Origin: Geotalea daltonii FRC-32
GTDB lineage: Bacteria; Desulfobacterota; Desulfuromonadia; Geobacterales; Geobacteraceae
Reading direction: 5' to 3'
DNA length: 32,000 bases
Assembly: GCF_000022265.1 (NCBI RefSeq)
Contig: NC_011979.1
Span: forward strand, 3,570,001 to 3,602,000
Of the stretch, positions 22,845 through 32,000 are shown piece after piece. Both the position numbers and the translations under genes were made by a program. The notes under the pieces are model-generated. The model was given only the letters and a program-made list of their open reading frames with translations. It did no database searches and was not told the DNA's origin. Numbering within the stretch: the first letter of the stretch is position 1; each line of letters opens with the position of its first letter.

Positions 22845-23966
22845 ATGAAAGCAGTTTTGGCGCTCGCTGACGGGCGCATTTTCAAGGGCAGGTCTTTCGG
22901 CGCATCCGGTGAAGCTACCGGTGAGGTAGTCTTCAACACCGCCATGACCGGTTACCAGGAGGTCCTCACCGACCCATCATACAAGGGGCAGATGGTCACC
23001 ATGACCTATACCCAGATCGGCAATACCGGGATCAATGGAGAGGATATCGAGAGCAAACAGCTCTATCTTTCAGGGTTTATCGTCAAGGAATATCACGACT
23101 GCCACTCCAACTGGCGCGCCACCATGAGCCTGGATGCCTATCTCAAGGAAAACGGCATCGTCGGCATTCAGGGGCTGGATACACGAGCGTTGACACGCCA
23201 TCTGCGTGACAATGGCGCACAGAACGGCATCATCTCCACCGTCGATTTCGATCCTGAGAGTCTTGTAAAAAAAGCGCGTGCTATCCCCAGCATGGCCGGG
23301 CTCGATCTCGCCTCCGGCGTCAGCACCGACAAGCCTTACCACTGGACACAGGGGCTGTGGGATCTGGAAGGGGGATACCCTGAGGTTGATGCCAAGAACC
23401 TGAAATACAAAGTGGTAGCCTACGATTTCGGCATCAAGTACAACATTCTCCGTTGTCTGGTGGATGCAGGCTGCGATGTGACCGTGGTCCCTGCCACCTT
23501 CCCGGCGGAAGAGGCGTTGGCCATGAATCCGGATGGCATATTCCTCAGTAACGGCCCTGGCGATCCGGAGCCACTGGTCAAGGTCCAGGAAGAGATCAGA
23601 AAGTTCATCGGCAAGAAGCCCATTTTCGGCATCTGCCTGGGTCACCAGCTCCTTGGGCTTGCCCTTGGCGGCAAGACCATCAAGCTGAAATTCGGCAACC
23701 ACGGCTCCAATCTGCCGGTCATGGACATGGAGACAAGAAAGGTGGAGATCACCGCCCAGAACCACGGCTTTGCCGTCGATTTGGAATCGTTGGGTGATGT
23801 TGCTTGCCTGGGGCATGAGAACCTCAACGACCAGACGGTGGAAGGCATCCGCCACTGCACGCTGCCCATATACTCGGTGCAGCATCATCCGGAGGCATCG
23901 CCGGGGCCGCACGATTCACATTATCTGTTCGCGCGTTTTGTAGAGCTGATGGAGAAAAATCGGTAA
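22845..23966 (+). CDS. carA: Carbamoyl-phosphate synthase small (glutaminase) subunit
   Basis: ATG 22845 after AGGAG. MKAVLALADGRIFKG; GICLGHQLL (catalytic Cys); VQHHPEA. Confidence 0.95.
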   Translation: MKAVLALADGRIFKGRSFGASGEATGEVVFNTAMTGYQEVLTDPSYKGQMVTMTYTQIGNTGINGEDIESKQLYLSGFIVKEYHDCHSNWRATMSLDAYLKENGIVGIQGLDTRALTRHLRDNGAQNGIISTVDFDPESLVKKARAIPSMAGLDLASGVSTDKPYHWTQGLWDLEGGYPEVDAKNLKYKVVAYDFGIKYNILRCLVDAGCDVTVVPATFPAEEALAMNPDGIFLSNGPGDPEPLVKVQEEIRKFIGKKPIFGICLGHQLLGLALGGKTIKLKFGNHGSNLPVMDMETRKVEITAQNHGFAVDLESLGDVACLGHENLNDQTVEGIRHCTLPIYSVQHHPEASPGPHDSHYLFARFVELMEKNR

Positions 23967-24048
23967 CTGGTCGGCGGTGGATAGTCGACGGTAAAGCAGA
24001 TTGATGTTTTTTACCTTCCGACCATCGGCTGCCGACCGCCGACTGTTT

Positions 24049-24975
24049 ATGCGTTACATCGATCTTTATCAATCTGGAGAATTATTGCAGCGCATCCGTG
24101 CTGCTTATCAGCGACTGAAAAGCTGCGACCTCTGCCCCCACGACTGCCGGGTCAACCGGCTGGCAGGTGAGACGGGCATCTGCCGTAGCGGTGCTTTGCC
24201 GAAAATTGCCTCGGCTAACATCCATCGCGGCGAGGAACCGCCGATTTCAGGCTCGCGCGGTTCGGGAACGATCTTCTTTTCCAACTGCAACCTGTCGTGT
24301 CGCTTCTGCCAGAACTTCCCCATCAGTCAGTTCGGCAACGGAGAAGAGCTGAGCATAAGGCAGTTGGCGGAGAAGATGCTCAAGCTGCAACGGCAAAAGG
24401 CGCACAACATCAACCTGGTTACGCCGAGCCATTTTTTGCCCCAGTTTCTCGCTGCCCTCTTCATGGCCATCAAGGAAGGCTTCAATCTCCCCATCGTCTG
24501 GAATTCCAACGGCTACGAAAAGGTCGATGTGTTGCAGCTGCTGGACGAGATCGTAGATATTTACCTGCCAGACATGAAATACGCCGCCGATGAACCGGCC
24601 AGGGCACTTTCCGGCGCCCCAGCCTATCCAACCTTCAACAGGCTGGCCGTCCGGGAGATGCTGCGCCAGGTTGGGCAACTGCAGGTTGATGAAGAAGGTA
24701 TCGGTATTCGTGGGCTGATCGTCCGGCACCTGGTATTACCCGTAAATAAGGCTGGAAGCGATGAAACCTTGCCCTGGATTGCAAAACACCTGGGAGAGGC
24801 AACCCACGTGGCGCTGATGAGCCAGTATTTTCCGGCCCATTTGGCAAGAGCCACCCCAGGCATTGACCGGCCCCTGACTGCCGAGGAATACGATGCAGCG
24901 GTGGAAGCGCTGGAAGAGGCAGGACTTGAATCGGGCTGGGTACAGGAACTGGAACAGGAGCGCCGGCCGGTATGA
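24049..24975 (+). CDS. Radical SAM protein, PflX-like (COG1313 type)
   Basis: CDLCPHDCRVNRLAGETGIC; GSGTIFFSNCNLSCRFCQN (CX3CX2C); HNINLVTPSH; DIYLPDMKY. The start could be 24004 or 24049. Confidence 0.8.
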   Translation: MRYIDLYQSGELLQRIRAAYQRLKSCDLCPHDCRVNRLAGETGICRSGALPKIASANIHRGEEPPISGSRGSGTIFFSNCNLSCRFCQNFPISQFGNGEELSIRQLAEKMLKLQRQKAHNINLVTPSHFLPQFLAALFMAIKEGFNLPIVWNSNGYEKVDVLQLLDEIVDIYLPDMKYAADEPARALSGAPAYPTFNRLAVREMLRQVGQLQVDEEGIGIRGLIVRHLVLPVNKAGSDETLPWIAKHLGEATHVALMSQYFPAHLARATPGIDRPLTAEEYDAAVEALEEAGLESGWVQELEQERRPV

Positions 24976-25301
24976 GAACTATTGTCCTGTTGATCATCTC
25001 CAACGTTTTCATGACCTTTGCCTGGTATGCCCACCTGAAGAACCTGCAGAACCGGCATTGGCTGATTGCCGTGGTCGTCTCCTGGGGCATCGCCTTTTTC
25101 GAGTATCTGGTGCAGGTGCCGGCCAACAGGATCGGCTATCGCGGCAGTTTCTCCCTGGCCCAGCTGAAGATCACCCAGGAGGTGATTACCCTGGCAGTGT
25201 TCGTCCCCTTTGCCGTACTCTACATGGGGGCACCGCTGAAACTGGACTATCTGTGGGCGGGGTTTTGTCTGGCAGGCGCGGTCTATTTCATCTTCAGATA
25301 G
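24972..25301 (+). CDS. Small DMT-superfamily membrane protein (DUF486-like)
   Basis: ATGA overlap with the radical SAM gene. 109 aa with about four hydrophobic helices; TFAWYAHLK motif. Confidence 0.7.
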   Translation: MRTIVLLIISNVFMTFAWYAHLKNLQNRHWLIAVVVSWGIAFFEYLVQVPANRIGYRGSFSLAQLKITQEVITLAVFVPFAVLYMGAPLKLDYLWAGFCLAGAVYFIFR

Positions 25302-25344
25302 GTGCAAAGGGAGTTTAGGAAGCGCTGATTTCCACAGTCGCCCC

Positions 25345-25400
25345 TTGACATATGCATACAACTGATACATATTTGAGCATATAAAATATACATATGGGGA
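25345..25400 (+). promoter_or_regulatory. Putative vapBC promoter/operator
   Basis: TTGACA (25345-25350), with CATATT about 17 nt downstream. The ACATAT(G) box recurs three times (25349, 25367, 25389). Confidence 0.35.
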
Positions 25401-25405
25401 ACCCT

Positions 25406-25618
25406 ATGAGAACAACGCTCAATATCGAAGATGCCCTGTTGGAAAAGGCGGTAAAGCTGACCGGCATAACGGAAAAAACTTCCCTTGTAAAACTTGGGTT
25501 ACAGGCGCTGATCGCCAAGGAGAGCGCCAGAAGGCTGGCAGGTCTGGCAGGGAGTGAAAAAGGCCTGAAAATGCCCCCGCGGAGAAGGGTAAAGGCTAAA
25601 GACGATGATCCTTGTTGA
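25406..25618 (+). CDS. vapB: Type II antitoxin VapB (DUF2191/RHH-like)
   Basis: MRTTLNIEDALLEKAVKLTG; overlaps vapC by 14 nt. Confidence 0.75.
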   Translation: MRTTLNIEDALLEKAVKLTGITEKTSLVKLGLQALIAKESARRLAGLAGSEKGLKMPPRRRVKAKDDDPC

Positions 25619-25958
25619 TACATCTGTCTGGGTGGAGCATTTCCGCTCAGGCGCAGTCGGCCTTGAAACATTTCTGAATGACGGTCAGGTCATCTGCCAC
25701 CCCTTCATTATCGGTGAGCTGGCATGTGGGAATCTGAAGAACAGGACACAGATTCTTTCCCTTCTTCAGGACCTCCCCAAGGCTTTTTGTGCCGACGATG
25801 ACGAGGTGATCCGGTTCATCGACGACCATAAACTGATGGGTAAGGGCCTTGGCTACATCGATATCCATCTGCTAATGTCCGCCTTGCTCACACAGGTGCC
25901 CCTCTGGACCATGGACAAAAGGCTGCATGAGGTTTCGCTGTCGCTACTGCGCCACTGA
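25605..25958 (+). CDS. vapC: PIN-domain ribonuclease toxin VapC
   Basis: [35 protein letters not shown] (acidic PIN residues). Confidence 0.85.
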   Translation: MILVDTSVWVEHFRSGAVGLETFLNDGQVICHPFIIGELACGNLKNRTQILSLLQDLPKAFCADDDEVIRFIDDHKLMGKGLGYIDIHLLMSALLTQVPLWTMDKRLHEVSLSLLRH

Positions 25959-26010
25959 AGCTGCACAACAGTCTAACGTGACCCCTACTACACGAAGGAG
26001 TTTGGAATAC

Positions 26011-29253
<3,243 letters not shown>

Positions 29254-29336
29254 CCGCTTTTTAACAATTACTTAGAAAAATTTATGGGGCGGCCGGTTTG
29301 GCTGCCCTGTAAAGTTCTGGGAGGAGTATTACAGAA

Positions 29337-29813
29337 ATGTCACAGTCCGTGCCGCTGACCAAAGAAAGTTACGAGTTCCTGCAGGAAGAGCTGAAGCGCC
29401 TGATCAAGGAGGAAAGGCCCAAGGTCATTCAGGATATAGCCGAGGCCAGATCCCATGGCGACCTTTCCGAAAATGCCGAATACGATGCGGCCAAGCATCG
29501 CCAGGGGTTTATCGAGGGACGGATACTGGAGTTACAGGATAAGCTGGCCCGCGCCTATGTGGTGGACCTCTCCAACCTCAAACCGGACAAGGTTGTTTTT
29601 GGCGCCACCGTCACTGTTTACGATACCGCCACCGAGGAGGAAGTGACCTACAAGATAGTCGGTGAGGACGAAGCGGACATCAAGATTGGCAAGATGTCGT
29701 GCACCTCTCCGGTTGGCAAGGCTTTGATCGGCCACAAGCTGGACGATACCGTCAAGGTCAGCGTTCCTTCCGGAATGAAGGAATACGAAATAATAGACAT
29801 CAAATACGAATAA
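29337..29813 (+). CDS. greA: Transcription elongation factor GreA
   Basis: ARSHGDLSENAEYDAAK; C-terminal S.SPVGKALIGHK. RBS GGGAGGAG. Confidence 0.95.
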   Translation: MSQSVPLTKESYEFLQEELKRLIKEERPKVIQDIAEARSHGDLSENAEYDAAKHRQGFIEGRILELQDKLARAYVVDLSNLKPDKVVFGATVTVYDTATEEEVTYKIVGEDEADIKIGKMSCTSPVGKALIGHKLDDTVKVSVPSGMKEYEIIDIKYE

Positions 29814-29854
29814 GCGGTGTCGGCCCCGGCAAGCCCACCAAAGGAGAACGAGAA

Positions 29855-30052
29855 ATGAGTCAACAGGTTACCAAGGATATGACATTTGCCCAGGTGATGC
29901 GCATGCATCCCGATGTGGTAAAGGTTCTGGCAAAGTATAACCTGGGCTGCGTCGGCTGCATGGGCGCCCAGAATGAATCCCTTGAGCAGGGCTGCAATGC
30001 CCACGGCCTCAATGTGGATGATGTGGTCAAGGACCTGAACGCCATCTTCTAG
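29855..30052 (+). CDS. DUF1858 / hybrid-cluster-protein-associated redox disulfide domain protein (65 aa)
   Basis: ATG 29855 after AAAGGAG. MTFAQVMRMHPDVVKVLAKYNLGCVGCMG (CxxC). Confidence 0.6.
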   Translation: MSQQVTKDMTFAQVMRMHPDVVKVLAKYNLGCVGCMGAQNESLEQGCNAHGLNVDDVVKDLNAIF

Positions 30053-30076
30053 ATCCGGGAAGCCACGCAATAATGA

Positions 30077-30116
30077 AAAGCCGCCTTCAGCATCTGCTGA
30101 CAGGCGGCTTTTTTTG
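30077..30116. terminator. Rho-independent terminator, possibly bidirectional
   Basis: AAAAGCCGCCT-TCAGCATCTGCTGA-C-AGGCGGC followed by TTTTTTT. An A-run on the 5' side gives a weaker U-tract for the convergent minus-strand gene. Confidence 0.75.
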
Positions 30117-30241
30117 TCCCTGCAATTTCTTACTGAATGGTTGCCGTGGCTTCCGGAGTGAGTGATCGTGTCGCAGCTGGCAGCGCCGAACGAACGGACG
30201 AAGTCACGGCAGTCGTTCGTTTAGCGCCTACCTGCTCTCCT

Positions 30242-31093
30242 CTATTTCGTCTGCATGGTCAGCTTTTTCTGAGGCCAGCTGAAGGTCTCCCCCACCTGCA
30301 GCACCTTGACGGTTGTACTGGGGCTGGTCTTTTTCATCTCGGCGATAAATTCTGGTGCAGTGCCGGTCAGGATAGGAAAGGTACCGAAATGCATGGGAAT
30401 GGCCAGTTCAGGGTCAACCAGCCTTACCGCCATTGCTGCGCGGCGCGGCCCCATGGTGAAGCGGTCGCCGATGCAGACCATCATGATATCCACCTTACCG
30501 AAATCTTTCACCAGCGTCATGTCGCTGAAAAGGTCGGTGTCACCGGTATGGTAAATGGTAGGGCCGTTCTTGATGCTGACCACCATCCCTCCCGGATTTC
30601 CTGCGTATTGCAGCCCTTTAGGGTACTTACTGTCATCCGGGGGCTCAATGGACGAACTATGCAGGGCCTGAACGAAAGCTACCTTCACCTCTCCATCCAG
30701 CAGGCTTATCTCTCCGCCGAAATTGCCGGTAGTAGGAAAGCCGAACTGCTTTTCGGGGAAGCCTCCATACTGCACCATCGCCTTGCCCAGATCGAAGGAT
30801 GCCACCAGTTGGGCGCCGGTTTTCTTCGCGATTTCCGAACTGTCCCCCACATGGTCGAAGTGACCGTGGGTAACCATGATCAGATCAGCCTTTTTGATGG
30901 CGGCGAGCACCTCTTTGCCCTTGCTGTTGGCCGGATTATTGATCCAGGGATCCATGTAGAGAACTTTACCCGTTGGAGTAGTAATCCTGAAAGCGGACTG
31001 GCCGTACCAGGTGATTTCAGTGGCCGGGGCAGCCAGGGCAGTAAAGGGAAGAAGGGCAAGAGTTAAAGTTATAATTAGTTGACGCAGCTTCAT
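30242..31093 (-). CDS. Exported metallo-beta-lactamase-fold hydrolase (UPF0173/UlaG-like)
   Basis: ATG at 31093 after GGGAGGGA. Signal peptide [29 protein letters not shown] zinc motif. Confidence 0.8.
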   Translation of the reverse strand: MKLRQLIITLTLALLPFTALAAPATEITWYGQSAFRITTPTGKVLYMDPWINNPANSKGKEVLAAIKKADLIMVTHGHFDHVGDSSEIAKKTGAQLVASFDLGKAMVQYGGFPEKQFGFPTTGNFGGEISLLDGEVKVAFVQALHSSSIEPPDDSKYPKGLQYAGNPGGMVVSIKNGPTIYHTGDTDLFSDMTLVKDFGKVDIMMVCIGDRFTMGPRRAAMAVRLVDPELAIPMHFGTFPILTGTAPEFIAEMKKTSPSTTVKVLQVGETFSWPQKKLTMQTK

Positions 31094-31213
31094 TGTGTCC
31101 CTCCCGTATCTTTTATTGAGGCCGGTAGCATAAGCTGTGGAACTTTTCACGTCAATAATTTTATTAATGACATGCAAGCAAGAGAAATCAAATTTGCCCC
31201 CATGATCAATGGA

Positions 31214-31254
31214 AAAAGCCGCCTGTCACGACTATGGTGACAAAAGCGGCTTTT
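31214..31254 (-). terminator. Rho-independent terminator of the GXGXG-domain gene
   Basis: On the minus strand, AAAAGCCGC..GTCAC / GTGAC..GCGGC followed by TTTTTCC, 25 nt after the stop. Confidence 0.6.
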
Positions 31255-31279
31255 GTAAGCAGGCTGCAGACAGCTAATA

Positions 31280-32000
31280 TTATCTGGGCATCGGACAGTA
31301 CATGTTGCCGTATGGGCGCTTGCTCTTCGGCAATACCTTGACGAACTTCTCCTTCAGGAGCTCCTTTAGGTCCAGCTTGAAATCGGCGCTGTATTCCTTG
31401 AGATACCCTTCCAGCTCCTTCTTGTCCTCGGCGGTCAGGTCGCAAACGCCCACCTCCGGTGAGAGTTTGCTTTCGTCCACGCCACCCCTGACGAAAATAA
31501 CGCCACCATGCATACCGGTGCCGAAACGAAAACCGTGCTTGGCCTTGTCGGGACTGTCGGTGAACATGCCGAGCAGAATCAGCACGCCGCCGGCCATGTA
31601 CTCTCCGAAGAAGTCTCCTGCCTTGCCGCCGGCGATGAGAACCGGCTTATTCTCATGGTAGGATTTCATGTGGATGCCGACTCGGTAACCTACATCCTTC
31701 AAAATATGAATGCGACCGCCACGCATGCCGTAGCCGAGAACGTCGCCGGCATGACCATGGACAATTACCCGGCCGGCATTCATGGTGTTGCCGATGTTAT
31801 CCTGGGCATTGTCCTTGACGACGATGGTCGCCCCATTCATGAAAGCCCCCAGGTCGTTGCCGGGAACGCCGTTGATGGTGATGGTCACTGGTTTGTTGAT
31901 GCCGTCGCCGATAAAATACTGGCCGTTGACGTTGTCCAACTGCAGCTTGTCGGCCCCTGCAGCAACCGCTTCGCGGATCTTGATGTTCAGATCTCGATAA
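31280..32000 (-). CDS. Glutamate-synthase alpha-subunit C-terminal (GXGXG) domain protein; 5' end outside the window
   Basis: The frame stays open to base 32000 (..YRDLNIKIREAVAAGADKLQLDNVNGQYFIG). There are repeated GxxGxxxG beta-helix motifs (GNTMNAGRVIVHGHAGDVLGYGMRGGRIHI). Confidence 0.75.
   Translation of the reverse strand, partial: YRDLNIKIREAVAAGADKLQLDNVNGQYFIGDGINKPVTITINGVPGNDLGAFMNGATIVVKDNAQDNIGNTMNAGRVIVHGHAGDVLGYGMRGGRIHILKDVGYRVGIHMKSYHENKPVLIAGGKAGDFFGEYMAGGVLILLGMFTDSPDKAKHGFRFGTGMHGGVIFVRGGVDESKLSPEVGVCDLTAEDKKELEGYLKEYSADFKLDLKELLKEKFVKVLPKSKRPYGNMYCPMPR

Noticed and set aside
29287-29307. Hairpin GGGCGGCC/GGCTGCCC after carB as a terminator
   Set aside because: No U-tract follows. 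It may be a processing or stability element or a greA leader structure, but it is not a clear intrinsic terminator.
30189-30221. A 10-bp-stem hairpin (AACGAACGGAC/GTCGTTCGTT) just downstream of the MBL hydrolase stop on the minus strand
   Set aside because: There is no U-tract on either strand. The real terminator appears to be the bidirectional one at 30077-30116.
30137-31066. 309-aa plus-strand ORF overlapping the MBL-fold hydrolase gene
   Set aside because: The minus frame has an RBS, a signal peptide and the HxHxDH zinc motif. The plus frame has none of these and would run through the terminator region.

Overview
This 32-kb segment reads like a Geobacter/Desulfuromonadales-type chromosome; that assignment is inferred from gene content and order only. 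It falls into five blocks.

(1) 1-4913: a translationally coupled sugar-modification operon. It holds a partial GT4 glycosyltransferase, three tandem paralogous CgeB-like glycosyltransferases joined by ATGA overlaps, a CmoB/DUF1698-like methyltransferase and a terminator.

(2) about 4915-11400: a compositionally foreign, partly AT-rich accessory region. I read it as an integron-like cassette array with no integrase in view (CALIN-like). Short ORFs each begin 12-30 nt after a GTT-type core and are followed by imperfect-palindrome attC-like repeats, three of which are clear homologues. The array is invaded by a RAYT (REP-associated HUH/Y1 transposase) gene bracketed by inverted arrays of GAATTCCGGGGA repeats with tandemly duplicated gene ends. 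It also carries a 5'-truncated group II intron remnant on the minus strand and a frameshifted parD remnant.

(3) 11708-19293: six tightly packed plus-strand genes. These are an exported metallophosphoesterase, a glycyl-radical activating enzyme, an 853-aa eliminase-type glycyl radical enzyme, an aldehyde:ferredoxin oxidoreductase (ATGA-coupled to the GRE), a 70-aa ORF and an anchored alpha/beta hydrolase. This GRE-AOR pairing is my best candidate for an uncharacterised system.

(4) 19396-30116: a small lipoprotein gene, then a PyrR-attenuated pyrR-pyrB-pyrC-carA ... carB-greA cluster. GTAGGGGC palindromic elements sit in its spacers, and carA and carB are separated by a PflX-like radical SAM gene, a DUF486/DMT gene and a vapBC module.

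(5) 30242-32000: convergent minus-strand genes for an exported MBL-fold hydrolase and a GXGXG glutamate-synthase-domain protein that runs off the window.

No rRNA, tRNA or CRISPR array was seen. All family assignments come from motif recognition by eye; no searches were run.
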